A stretch of 64,000 nt of DNA. It comes from Squalus acanthias (taxonomy: Eukaryota). A model generated the notes under the pieces. That model did not search any database, was not told the DNA's origin, and worked only from the letters and a program-made list of their open reading frames with translations. The translations under genes were made by a program, and so were the position numbers. The number at the start of each line of letters is the position of its first letter. The stretch's first letter is position 1. Below are positions 13,126-25,889 of this stretch, one piece after another. Location of the stretch: the NCBI GenBank assembly GCA_030390025.1, contig CM059433.1, forward strand, positions 25,236,001 through 25,300,000. The letters run 5' to 3'.

Positions 13126-16100
13126 TAAATAAAACTGTTGGACTATAACCTGGTGTTGTGCGACTTCTCATTTTCATTAGAGAGAGAGAGAGATACAGAT
13201 TTCACTTAGCAACAGCCGGTGTTTGCAACCAACCGGCCTTGGATATTTTCATAATAGAATGCTTAGATTAGAAATGGCATAAGAATGTCTAGAGAATGTC
13301 TAGAGACAAGAAGGGTTATGTTTACCACAGCAAGGCCACGGTGTTTTTACGTGCATCTAACATTGTTGATGTATGTTGAAGAAAATGTAGACTTGTGTCT
13401 CTGGACTATGCAGTAGCCAGAGACTGCCATATTAGGCAATGCCAGTTCAAGCAGCACGAGGTGGGACCCATGTCTAGGTTCGTGTGCTCTATCTGTGACT
13501 ATACTCCGCCTGTAAATTGCTTTTTATGCTGAAGTTAAATAAATAAATGATTATAACCAGAAGACTGAATTCATTACTACTCAAGTGAACAACAGAACAC
13601 TGTTTTAAGACAACAATTATGCTCCTTTGAAGCGCCTTGGGATGCTTTACTATGTTAAAGGCGCTATATAAATACAAGTTGTTGTTGTTGTTATTAAAAA
13701 AGGTACCACTTCAATCTGCCACAAAAACAATTGCACCTGCATTAATCTCCCAAAAGAATCACCAGTTTCATTTGTGGCTTGCCAACAACCTACTCTGCCG
13801 TACCTAAATGGAGTCAAGGGATGTGGTTAACCCCTCCATTTCCACCCAAATAATTACTGCCACTACATCAATCACAGGCATCCATGCGGTGGATATTACC
13901 CTGAGGGGCCATTTTATGTGCTGCTACTGAAAGGTTGGTGTTTCTTTGCCTGTATATGAATCTTTCTTTAGTACTTTAGGGGTTGAGTCAGGATTTTTGC
14001 TGTTACCTTTAATCAGCTCTACTTAAAGTACTTTTTGCACTTTCGACATGGATTTCTCCACGGGCATACAATTATTTTATATTATGAAGAGGAGGAGGGT
14101 GAAGACATGGAAGAGGGTAAATTGGAGGCACAAGACTCCTGCATCACTGAAGGTATCTCTTCCCTACATGTAGACATTCATTCACCTTGGTCTACAGACC
14201 AAACAAATCTTACTTAGGCATCGCCACAGCATGAAGAGGGTGTACCAGTAGGAGAGGAAGTGGAACAGGAGCCAACTACCAGAGCAAGGAGAGCACAACT
14301 GATGGCCCAGAACATTCAATAAGTGATGAGTGACTCACCAAATAAAGTCACTTTACACCTGCCTGTTCTCTACCCTACAGAGGTGCTACTGGTCTGTATC
14401 ATTACAGACTGAATAGCCTCAATGAGGTCCTGGAAGTCACATGCAAGTGTGGCATTCAGGATGACCCTCGAGACATGCATTGATGCATTGGTAGCTGCCA
14501 CTCCAGAAGTGACAAATGTCTTTAGAAGCTCTTTCCGGAATCTTGATGTTACAGAAATCTTCAGAGCTGTCACAGTCTCCAGGGTGTTTTACAGGTCACG
14601 AGAAACTTGCTGCAATGTGTTAAATATGTGGATGGAGAATTCCTCCATCATCTCCACCATATGCATGGAAACCTCTTCAACATGAGATCTATGCTCCCGA
14701 ATTATAATTCTTTTGACGACTAGGCCCCTAAAATCTGCGACCCTAGGATCTTCAGCCTCGGTTGGTCATTTCTCTTGCCTCTGTTAAGTAATGGCACTCT
14801 CCCTTTCTTCCACTCCCAAGTCTTCATTCTCATTAGTGCTCAAAGACTCATCTGGTGATACTATTTCTGACTGTCACAAATTACTTGTTAGTGGGTGGCT
14901 CTCTGCAGGTGTTTGCATAAGTAAGATGTCAGGATGGAGTTGGTGAGGATGTGGTAGTAGCTGCGGATCTGGAAGTGCCTGAGTATTCATGGGGTAGCTG
15001 GCCTCTTCCTCCAAGGTGCCCCCTATGATGTGAAAGATAACAGTGCTTGTTTAGCTGTTGGCACAGTGACATTTGACCTTCAAGAAATAGTAGATGACTA
15101 TAAACACATTGCAATACTTTAAGAAAGTGTATGAAGGTAAAACTAAGTATCAATAATCGTGCCTTTAACCTCGTTCTCTCTTACAGGCTCCCTTTTACAT
15201 TTGCCTCCTCTTTCAGTGATAGTGGGCATCCCTCTGTTGTCCTTCTGTGGCACTAATTGTATGCCATTACTCTCCACAGGAGAGGAGACAATGTTGCAGA
15301 CCTGTGAATGTCATGGAGATTTCCTCCATATACCATGATAATGAGAGGTGAAGGAGCCTTGTTCCTTTAAATGAAGTGTCCTTGAAGACTAATAAAAGCC
15401 CTTGCGGCAGGCAATGTGAGTTGAGAGAGTGGTTTTGAACAAAGAAGGTACTTGAGTATTTGGAGAGGTTGTGCTCCGAGCAGAATTAAAGATAAGGAGG
15501 TGTGGGAAGCTATCTGACTGGTAGAGGATGTGCATTGGCACCAGGGCTTTGATTGCCTTGGCTAGCCTTGAGGTTATTGAACCTCTTCCTGCATTGTTTT
15601 TTCAGTTTTTGGGGTGGTGGCGTTGCACTGACTGCCTCTGCCACCTCTCTACAGTTAGGCTGCTCTCAGTGCCCATCAGGTGGTTCCTGCTTGACCTCAC
15701 CTGCCAGCAGCATCTCCACCAACACATTGGAGAATTTAGGGTCTCTTCCAGCTGCTGAGTCTGCTGATGCTGCTGTTCCTTCTGCCACCTTGCTGAAAAG
15801 TGGGTCCCGAGGGTGTTAGTGGGTGACAAACCCGCAGCATTGTAAGACAGGCTGATTCCATCATCTAAATAAAGCTTCCAGGTTCCTCGATGGAATGTCA
15901 TGTCTGAAAATGTGCCACTCACCCACATGGTGCAGTACCCTGCCCAGTATTTAAAGGCTCAGTCCACCGCTCAAGGGAGGCTGAGGGAGAGGACTGTGGA
16001 AACTCAAAATAATTGTTGCCCGTAGGATAGATTTCTGCCAGGAGGGTTTCAGCGATGCCTCCCTGGAGGTAATGCTGGGTGCAGAAAGGGCAAGGAGGGA

Positions 16101-16139
16101 TGTGTTGTTCCCCACAAATGGGACAAAGCAACCTGCTGC

Positions 16140-16390
16140 AACAACCAAGAGGAGGCAGAGGTCCGTGACCACCTGCCTTGACAATCGGAGCCTCCTGAAG
16201 CGCTGCTCCTCAGACAGGTCAAGGAGCTGAGCCTCTGTCTGTACATCCCGTGAGGTGAGTAAGGCCTTCTGCGAGCCTGTCCCCTCTGTTGCTGTCTTCT
16301 CTATGGCCCTCCTGCAGCTCCTTCTTCAGCACGCCCTTGCACCTGGTGCTCCTCCTCCTCCTCCTCCTCTTCACTCCAATAGAGTGAAGC
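16140..16390 (-). pseudogene. Harbinger (HARBI1-like) transposase N-terminal fragment
   Basis: Reconstructed across a frameshift: RRPYSPHGMYRQRLSSL-DLSEEQRFRRLRLSRQVVTDLC. Confidence 0.55.
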
Positions 16391-17219
16391 TCGAGCAGCA
16401 CCCATAATCAAATTGTCCTTTTTCTAACAGAATATCAAAATCACATTCCAAAGCAAACTGCTCACAGAATCACAGCCCACAATGAACTGAAAGAGCACCT
16501 GTGAGTGCAGCAGCTTGATTCAGATCGGGTCTCCTTTAGTTTCAGCACACTGATCATGTAGCACCCAATCCCACCAGGGTTCCCCTGACGACCTTGCGAC
16601 CTGCGTGAAACCCGTGCTTCACTCGTTAAAATCACATGGCGGTCCTAATTGTATCACAGGACCCTGATTTACATATATTCATGAGCTTCCCGCCTCTCTA
16701 CAGTGGGAGACTCCTCGACCCCGATACTCGCCGCTGTTAATATTGTGGCGGCCGGGAACACAGCGGGTTGGGGGCGGGATTGCTACTTCTGCGATTTTAA
16801 CCTCTCGCCCGACCCTCAGTGCACTCCCGAGGGAATGGGTCAGGAGGGTCAGCATTGAGACTTTCTGCGGAGCCTTGTAAGGGAGCAGAGCCTCTGCCCT
16901 CCCTTTACAATGTCAGTGATGTGGAAGGGACAGGGCTTGGGGTAGGGCCAGGGACTCCATATGTTGGGAGATCGGAGGCTGGAAGAAAGAGGCACATGGG
17001 GACCATCTTGGGGGTCTAAATTAGCGATTTGGCTTGAGTCCCCAAAGAATGGAGGAGGGTAATCGGTCAAGCGGGCAGGTGGGTAGGAGGGCAAGCGGCT
17101 GAGTGGGTAGGTGGTCGAGTGGGCAGCAAGTTAAGGTGGTGGCGTGCGAGTGGCCGAGCAAGTGGGCAGGTGGCCGAGAGGCTGAGTGGGCACCCAACGA
17201 AGGTCTAGTATGTTGACGG

Positions 17220-17374
17220 CAATGTTCCCTATAAGCTGCGTGTCTGTGTGGCCGCACAGCTCTCTGCCAGTCCCGCGCAGCCCGCGACCGACTTTTGCAA
17301 TGTTAAAGTCTGTGAATGAGCTGTGCAACCCCTTAAAGAGGCCACGCACCCAAAACAAATTACGGGGAACATTG
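17220..17374. mobile_element. Short hAT-type MITE
   Basis: TIR CAATGTTCCC...GGGAACATTG; 8-bp TSD GTTGACGG / GTTGACGA. Confidence 0.8.
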
Positions 17375-17859
17375 GTTGACGACCATTGGAAAGGCTGTGT
17401 AGGCAGATCTGGGAAGAATTCCCCTAAGGTATAAGGCAGCTTTCCGGGGCACTGCTGCAAGAAGATGTACCGGGAGCTTGTGATTTAGCTGCCAGACACT
17501 TACAGAAGGCTGAGGGATGAAGAAGAGGGGTTATGGGAGACATCACATGGAGGGGGGTGGGGGGGGGGGGTGGCGGTGGTGGGCGCGGGGTTGAGGTGGG
17601 AGGAAGTCCAGGGAAAATATGAGGAGACACTAAAAATATTGAAAGTTTTGATTTCACTTATAAACTTCACAACTTATCTTCTGTACTTTCTTATGTCAAC
17701 ATGGCTCCTCCACTGTGACACTTGGTAAATGCAGTTTTTTGGTAGTAACTCCCAATATGCTATTAAGCAGTTTACGTTATCCTATCACAGCATCACTTAA
17801 AGCCATAACAGGTACTGAAGTTAAATGTTATACTTTCATTATGAGTTTTCCCCTTCAAT

Positions 17860-18139
17860 TACGGTTGCCAACCCTCCAGAATTGTCCTGGAGTCTCCAGG
17901 AATTGAAGATGAATGGCCTGGAAACTGCTACGAGCAGCCCGGGAGAAAAATCACAGCGGCATAAAAAAAATGTATGATTTTTTTTTTCATTTTCTTTGAA
18001 CACTTTTGTTTATTAGTTCTAGAAATATTGGAGATGGGAAAAAAGGCTGTTTGACTAGGCAGGGGAGGGCGGGGCTTGGAGGCAGGAAATCAGGTGATGT
18101 AACCTCCAGGAATACGTCGAGTTTGAGTTGGCAACCCTA
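17860..18139. mobile_element. hAT (Tip100-like) MITE
   Basis: TIR TA(C)GGTTGCCAAC...GTTGGCAACCCTA; perfect 8-bp TSD CCTTCAAT (17852-17859, 18140-18147). Confidence 0.85.
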
Positions 18140-18424
18140 CCTTCAATGCATTCAGAAATGGAATGTTGCAACCCACTCAGCCATTTTAATGTATGTATGT
18201 ATGTGTGTTGATGATCCATGGTGCTGTTCAAGGCTTGGGCCCTAAAATCCGCAGGCTATCAATCCCAGTATAAATGTGGAATCAGCCTGTTGGTGACTTC
18301 TGGTGCCGACCCTGCCACAATTGGTGGTGGGTTGAAACATCTGACTTTTCTGTATTGCAGGCTGAGAAGATGGGAGATGCAAAAACAGTGCCATCACTGG
18401 TAGGAGGGTGTAACTACAGTATGA

Positions 18425-19580
18425 CTGGTAAGGCATTTGATAAAGTACCTCATAATAGACTGTTAACTAAGGTTGAAGCACATGGAATAGAAGGCAAATT
18501 ATTGACCTGGTTAGTAAATTGGCTGAGCAGCAGGAGACGGAGAGTAGGGATAATGGGCAAGTACTCTAATTGGCAGGATGTGATTAGTGGTGTCCCGTAG
18601 GGCCTCAAATATTCACTGTATTTATTAACGATTTAGATGATGGGATAGAAAGTCACATATCCAAATTTACTGATGGCACAAAGATAGGTAGCATTGTAGG
18701 CAGTGTAGATGAAAGCATAAAATTACAAAGGGATATTGATAGATTAAGTGAATGGGCAAAACTGTGGCAAATGGATTTCAATGCAGGCAAATGTAAGGCA
18801 ATCTACTTTGGACCTAAAAAGGATAGAACAGGGTACTTTCTAAATGGTGAAAAGCTAAAAACAGTGGTGGTCCAAAGAGACTTGGGGGTCCAGGTAGACA
18901 GATCATTAAAATGTCATGAACAGGTACAGAAAATAATCAAAAAAGCTAATGGAATGCTGGCCTTTATATCTAGAGGACTAGAATACCAGGGGTAAAAGTT
19001 ATGCTGCAGCTACACAAAGCCCTGGTTAGACCACACCTGGAGCTACTGTGAGCAGTTCTGGGCACCACACCTTAGGAAGGATATATTGGCCTTGGTGCAG
19101 TGTAGTTTCACCAGAATGATACCCGGACTTCAGGGGTTAAATTACGAGGAGAGATTACACAAATTAGGGTTGTATTCCCTAGAATTTAGAAGGTTAAGGG
19201 GTGATTTGATCGAAGTTTTCAAGATATTAAGGAGAGCAGATAGGGAGATAAAGAGAAACTATTTTTGCTGGTTGGGGAGTCTAGGACTAGGGGGCATAGT
19301 CTAAAAATTAGAGCCAGACCTTTCAGGAGTGAAATTAGGAAACACTTCTACACATAAAGGGTGGTAGAAGTTTGGAACTCTCTTCCGCAAATGGCAATTG
19401 ATGCTAGATCAATTGTTAATTTTAAATCTGAGATTGATAGATTTTTGTTAACCAAAGGTATTAAGAGATATGGCCCAAAGGCGGATATATGGAGTTAGGT
19501 CACAGATCAGCCATGATCTCATTGACTGGCGGAGCAGGCTCGAGGGGCTGAATGGCCTCCTCCTGTTGCTATGTTCCTAG
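18425..19580 (+). mobile_element. CR1 LINE 3' portion, degraded
   Basis: KAFDKVPH, QRDLGV, LGLYSLEFRRLRGDLIE; CR1 3' UTR ending GCTATGTTCCTA. Confidence 0.9.
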
Positions 19581-20874
19581 GTGACACATTTAAACAGGCA
19601 GTTCCCATTATAAATGTGGATGTAGGAATTTTTAATGGGAAAAGTTGACAGCAGGAGTTAAGGTTTTGTAGACAAGAAGGACTGATTGGATCTGAATTTC
19701 ATTGTGTTACCAACAGGAAATGCTATCTACTAAGTACATTACCTATTCCATCTCCATTAGAAATGTTGACAGCAGAAAAGGATGAAATAGCATTAATTCC
19801 ATTGAAAGTCGGGATCTTAATATTTATGAAGCGAACTTTTTTCTTCATCTTCTTTAGTGCTTTTGTATAGTATGTTGATGATAACAAAACATGAAAGGCA
19901 TCTGATTTAACCTTTATCTTTTAGATACAATTTGTTTTTTTAAAGAGATTAAAATAAAGGATTGGTTTTGATGGCACAGGAATTAGAGAGAGAACATCTT
20001 CCTGTGCGCCTGTTTTATCTTTTTCAGTGTGATTCTTTGACTGTTTCTTTGCTCTCTGAAGGCTTTGTTTGCTCTTTGCTTTGCTAAACCATAACATTTA
20101 TTCAATTGAAATTGCTCCCTGCTCAACAAAGTCAACATTCCAAAAGGAAATTACATGTACCTGACAAAATAAAAATCCCAGTGTTACTTGTCCCCAGGTT
20201 CCTTCCCAGTAATTTGAAGTGCTGGTTTTTGAAAATTACCTCACTCAATAAAAACAAAATCCAGTCAGCAATGGAATCAGCAACTTTTCTGTGGCGTGCA
20301 CACAATGAACCTGAATGTTGAAATGCTCTGTTTTAGGTGGTGGGGAAGAACAGTGATGTCAGAACATTTTCAGATAAGGGGTGTTTATATGGGAGGGAAC
20401 ACCTTTTCTCTTTTTCCAACCAATGTCACCTCCAAGTACTCAAATGCCAGACATAGTGTGGCCCTGCTGCAGAGCAAACCACAGCTTCTGGAAGAACCCC
20501 TAATTAGATTAGTCCGATATCTTTACTCACCATACTAGCTATAAATATGAATGATATAACTGAGTTTAACAACTTTGTTTAATTAGTGCAAAATCGAGGT
20601 CAATCTTGTACTGTTGAGACACACCTGGTAAAAACTGGGACAAGACTTGCCCTGTTCAGTACATAGACTCCAGGGCAATTTTTGGCTCTGTTATGTCCTG
20701 TGCGCACCAGATGAAGAGGAAAGTTTGATGGAGATGTGTTCCATGGGATCGCCATCAAATGCATTATCTGTATATTTCCAATAGTTCAAAACAAACACGG
20801 AGCTTTATAATAAACTAATTAGGGGAGGATGACATTATATCAGCCTACATGTGAGTTTCTGATTTTAGACTGGA

Positions 20875-21660
20875 CAACAACAACTTGTATTTATCAGAGC
20901 GTTATCAGACAAAATTTCACACTGAGCCACATAAGGAGATATTAGGACAGGTGACCAAAAGCTTGGACAAAGAGATAGGTTTTAAGGAGCATCTTAAATG
21001 AGAGTGCGAGGTAGAGAGGCAGAGACGTTTAGGGAAGGAATTCCAGAGCGTAGAGCCTAGGTAGCTGAAGGCAGTGTCGCCAATGCTGGGGAGAATGAAA
21101 TAGTGTAGTCTGAGTGCAGGAATTTGAGTGTAATTCATGCTCAAATTAATTGGCACCTAGGGTTGCTTGGAGATTCAACGGCATTTAAAGGACAACAACA
21201 ATAATTTGTAATGATATCGCACCTTTAACTAGTAAAACGTTCCAAGGTGCTGCACAGATTTACGAGGAACAATGAACACCAAGCCAAAGAAGGAGAGATT
21301 AGGAAGGGTGATCAAATTCTTGGCCAAAGAGATCTTTAAGGAGGATCTTAAAGGAAGAGAGAGAGATTTAGAGGCAGGTGGGTTTAGGAGAGAATTGCAG
21401 AGAGCGGGAACTCAACTGCTGAAGGGAGGAGGAGATGCACAAGGGGCACAGCCAGAGGAACAGAGACTTCCTGTGGGGGCGGGGGGTGGGGGGTGGGGGG
21501 TGGGGGGGAGGAGGGCGATGGTTATGGAGATAGGGAGAGGTGAGACCATGGACAGATTTAAGCACGGGATTTTACAATTTGAGGCATTGAAGTACCTGAA
21601 GTCAATGTTGGTCAGTGAGGACAGGGTGATGGGCGACTTGGCGTGGGATAGATACATGGT
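20875..21660 (-). mobile_element. Two old L2 3' fragments
   Basis: CAACAACAAC tails near 20875 and 21193; AFSYLGSTLWNS and LKSVHGLTSPYL peptides. Confidence 0.65.
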
Positions 21661-21859
21661 ATGAATATTAAGGTTATTTCTGCATTTTGTTTATGCTTTT
21701 TCTGTTGCCGGAGCCTTTGGTATAATTATTCTGCTGCTTCTTTTTTCATACAGCTCCATTAATGCCACCAATGGGATTCCCAATGGAAATTCCCATCTAA
21801 CGGAGCTTTTTGAAGGAAGATGACGAGGGCCAAGGGAAGGATGCCAGGCAGGTCAGGCT

Positions 21860-21980
21860 GCAGCTGAGATGCTCTGCTCCCACTCACACCCGCATCTACA
21901 GACAGGTGTGTGCATCTCTCACTTTGGAAGAGACTTAGTGCATGAGGCGGCTCTCATTCCCAAGGGAGGCTGTGACATTA
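21860..21980 (+). pseudogene. Harbinger transposase N-terminal remnant
   Basis: HTRIYRQVCASLTLEET*CMRRLSFPREAVT resembles the fragment at 16140-16390. Confidence 0.35.
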
Positions 21981-23293
21981 GACCTGATGGAAGTTTCTGA
22001 CTAACCATAATGTTGTATAGTTCTTTGGAAGCACGGTATACCATTTTTGAAGTGGAACTGCATTAAAAAGGTATGCTAGTATAATCTGACCATGTTAATG
22101 GCTTGGCCCACTAAAATCAGCATTAACTTGGCCTTGACCGGCACAGTACAATCAGATTCAGTGCCGGGGCTGGGGAAGAAGGGGACCCAGTACAATTGGC
22201 CCCATTTAATCTAACCTCCATTACAGAATACCAGAATAATTCTCCACATTTACAATACTTGACCACTTCAATTAAAATGACAGATTTTCCAATGACTTTT
22301 TGAAGTGATAGTCACCATTCTATCCAAAGAAGTATTGTGCTTTCCTTGGCACTTCCATTTTAGAAACTGGCTTGCTCAGTATTGAGCTTGAATTGAAATG
22401 CACAATTTTTAATCCCTTTTCAAACCTGCAAGTCAGCATGAAAGATCAAGATACGGAAAATATTGATTTGTGCCAAACCATATCTAATTACTGTATAGGA
22501 AAAGTGATTAGAAGATTTCAATATTTTGCGTAAATTCCTTCTTTACTCCTGTTTTAAATCATCAAACACTTGGCTGATTACTGAAGGTATATAATGGAAC
22601 TGTCTGGCTGTGTGCTGCAGTGACATATTTCTCCTTCTGAAGCTTGAAAGCTTGCTGCTTTCTCCTCTTTGTGTTTATCTGTTTCTCTACTGGAGACTAT
22701 TGGTTGTAATATTTGCCATTCGGGGATAGCATTTCAGCAAATTTGTCTAATATGAAAATAATATACTTGTCTGTGGCAAGAATCGTGTTCTACTTAATTT
22801 TTTGAAACATCAACAAAAAAATTGTATTCCAGGCAAGGAAAATTATTTTTTGTCAGCCGGGTATCTGACACACGGAAACACATCACCAAACTTGAGAACC
22901 TCCAAAGCAAACTTAGAGAACTTAAGTACAAATGGGAAGAGGCATGGCTTAGGGACCTCTTAGTATGTCGGGTACTGCTAGTAGTTAATATTATCTGTAT
23001 TATACTACTACAGTTTTACTGTAGTAGTATATGTTTTACAGTTTTATTGTGTGCCACCATGGAGCCCTGCTAAGCTTCTTGCTGATGCCCAACCAGGACC
23101 TTCTTACCTGTTAGGCCATTGCCTTGCAGTTTATCTGGAGCTCATGGGAAGAATCCTGGTTTCTAGTGGCAGGTCTCACCAATGAGCTGGGCTGGTTAGT
23201 TAACCATTGAAAGTGTTCATTCTTCCAGATTACTACCCAAGTCCTTTGCTGTCCTGAGTTCCTCACTAACCAAAAACATTAAACATTTGGGAC

Positions 23294-23430
23294 TGTAATG
23301 TATTATCACAAGGTTTGTCACATGGTTTGGTATGAGCATGCTCAGTTCGCTCGGGCCTAGTAAAGCAAGCACATGGACTAGCAACTCATCGTGTCTCTCT
23401 CCTTCATTTGTTCTACCCACATATATTACA
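23294..23430 (+). repeat. Gypsy 5' LTR (137 bp)
   Basis: TG...CA ends; same length as and homologous to 40373-40509 and 1983-2119. Confidence 0.92.
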
Positions 23431-23434
23431 TTTT

Positions 23435-23452
23435 TGGCGATGAGAATGGGAT
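23435..23452 (+). promoter_or_regulatory. Primer binding site, tRNA-Ser(GCT)-like
   Basis: TGGCGATGAGAATGGGAT, 4 nt after the LTR; resembles the complement of the vertebrate tRNA-Ser(GCT) 3' end (TGGCGACGAGGATGGGAT), recalled from memory. Confidence 0.65.
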
Positions 23453-23676
23453 CCCAAAGCCATTTTTAGGGATCATGGAAGGACACAGTGTTCAACCTTC
23501 GAGTGGAAAAGTTTAAGGTGAATTTGTGACACCTAAACTGAATTTTTGCGATGTTTTATTGTTAATGCTCATGCAGAATCGTCTGTGCTTCACCTTCATG
23601 TGTATGTATACACAACAACAGCGGTGTTGATTCTCACAGGTACACAAGTAGCGTGCTGAGTCACTGTTCGACGGGA

Positions 23677-25332
23677 ATGGGATGCGCCTATGGGATTCAT
23701 CGGAAGCCCCGGCATGTATGACCGAGCTCGCGAACCATTCAGTTCTTAGATTGAGCGGATGGAGATGCTTTTTAAGGCCAATAACATTATTGAGACCGAA
23801 GGTGCAGATCCACCACCTTAAACATTCACACCCTCCACCACCAGCGTACCATGGCTGCAGTGTGTACCATCTATAAGATGCACTGCAGCAACTCCCCAAG
23901 GCTTCTTCGGCAGCACCTCCCAAACCTGCAACCTCTTCCACCTAGAAGGACAAGGGCAGCAGGCGCATGGGAACACCACCACCTCCAAGTTCCCTTCCAA
24001 GTCACACACCATCCTGACTTGGAAGTATATCGCTGTTCCTTCATTGTCACTGGGTCAAAATCCTGAAACTCCCTTCCTAACAGCATTGTGGGAGTACCAT
24101 CACCGCACGGACTGCAGCGGTTCAAGAAGGCGGCTCACCACCACCTTCTTAAGGGCAATTAGGGATGGGCAATAAATGTTGGCCTTGCCAGTGATGCCCA
24201 CATCCCATGAAAGAATTTAAAAAAAAGATGAGAATGTTCAAGCTCAAAATAAAGTAATTCGTGAATGTAAAAAAAGCAATTTTTCTAACCGAGATTGGGC
24301 CAGATGTCTACGGAATGTTGACAAACCCACTTGCGCCAGGGAAAGCGAAAGATGTGTCATTTGAAGACATTGTCGAGAACCTCAAGGACCATTTTGACCC
24401 AAAGCCATTGGAAATAGCAGAGAACTATAAGTTTGGTACCAGAAGCCAAAAACAAAGTGGAACCATCAGTGAATACATTGTAGCTCTTAAAAACCTGTCT
24501 TTGCATTGTAACTTCGGCACATTTTTGGATCATGCATTGCGAGATGAGTTTGTGTGTGGACTGGTGGATGAGCGCACACAGTCCAAGTTACTGAACACTC
24601 CGAACCTAACGTTTGATATAGTGTGTAAAATTACTCTATCTATGGAGCTGGCATCTAAGAATGCTAGGGAGCTCTGTCCAACTCAAGTGACTAGTGCAGC
24701 TGAGGTCAAAGTCACAAAGCCACCGCCAACTCTAAAGATGTCAGACTGAGTCAAAAGCACGTCGGTGAGAGTAGTTCAGTGAATTGGTATCGCTGCAATG
24801 GAAATCACTCACCACAGTCCTGCCAATACAGAAGTGCGGTGTTTTCACTGCCAGAAGCAAGGCCATATTTGAACAGCTTGCAGAGCTAGATCTAAAGCAG
24901 GAAATAAGAACCATTCTAGTGGCAATGCAAAACAGCGACAATAAAAGGGAGGAATTTACAATATTGAAGTGAACACACCTGATGTTGAAGAGCTAGGCAT
25001 CTACAGTATCTATGCCACTAGTGGCAATGCTAGCAGTCATGACAAAGACTTCTGTACAAAACTTTTGATCAATGACCAATATATTGATATGTGTATTGAC
25101 ACAGTGGCGGACTGCTCTATCATGAGTAAGGACACATATGAGAGTAAGTTTAATCAAATTACCACTTACAAAGAGTACCGTAGAGTTAAAAACCTAATCC
25201 GGAGAAATCCTAGAGACATGTGGACAAATGGAACGTACAGTTCAGCACAATGGCCAGTCAGTAAAGCTGCCTATTATTGTAGTGAGCTGCAACAACAGGC
25301 CAACCCTCATGGGCAAAGACTGGTTGAGAAAG
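23677..25332 (+). pseudogene. Gypsy gag-protease, disrupted
   Basis: ERMEMLFKANNII; ORF 24261-24749 (FGTRSQKQSGTISEYIVALKNLSLHCNFG...LRDEFVCGL); knuckle remnants near 24790-24880; protease-like MCIDTVADCS; ends GKDWLRK at the ERV insertion. Confidence 0.85.
23810..24226 (+). mobile_element. 3' fragment of the CR1-group LINE family at 43409-46560, inserted in Gypsy gag
   Basis: Homologous to 43410-43815; poly-A tail; GAT duplicated; gag reads EGAD|ENVQ when it is removed. Confidence 0.85.
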
Positions 25333-25885
25333 TGTAAGACTTCACTTTTGTGTTCCGACCCCGAGACTTATTGAGATACTACAAGGTCAAACAAGATCCG
25401 ATCAAACGGTACTTTATTGAATTCGATCAATAATATTTGCAGTAACTATGCACTTAACTATGGATTGTTTTGCAACATCTATGCACTTACACGCAATATC
25501 TGTGCCCTTACACGCGTTTGGCCAATACTTACAATCACCCTCAGTTGATCAATCCGAGTTGATTGTAGGTCAATGGGTCCGATTCACCCGGCAGGATCCT
25601 TGGCTGTGTTTATCGTCTGTGTCCAGAGTTCAGAATTCATTACTTTTTATAGGGTCTCTGTGTGCATGATCACTCACTGGTCTGCTCAGAGATGATTTGG
25701 TTAGCAAACCCTTAGGTCACCTTACATTGTGTTCTGGTTCCTGGATTAACTGCCTTGTTTGTTGTGTCCACAAAGTTCAATTGGGCCAGACTGTTTGCAT
25801 AGCTTTAGGGTTTTCGCCAGCCTCGTAGGCTTATGATTTTTAAAGAAAAATATTATTTCATACAACCCTGCCATGTCACTCTACA
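25333..25885 (-). repeat. ERV 3' LTR (553 bp)
   Basis: Homologous to 35566-36366; preceded on the minus strand by purine tract GAGAGAGGAC (25886-25895). Confidence 0.92.
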
Positions 25886-25889
25886 GTCC

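Larger units (their letters stand above)
10429..13173 (+). mobile_element. Penelope-like element, 5'-truncated (copy 1)
   Basis: 12-bp TSD TCATTAGAGAGA at 10417-10428 and 13174-13185; RT plus GIY-YIG ORF; 3' end nearly identical to 55100-55187. Confidence 0.92.
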
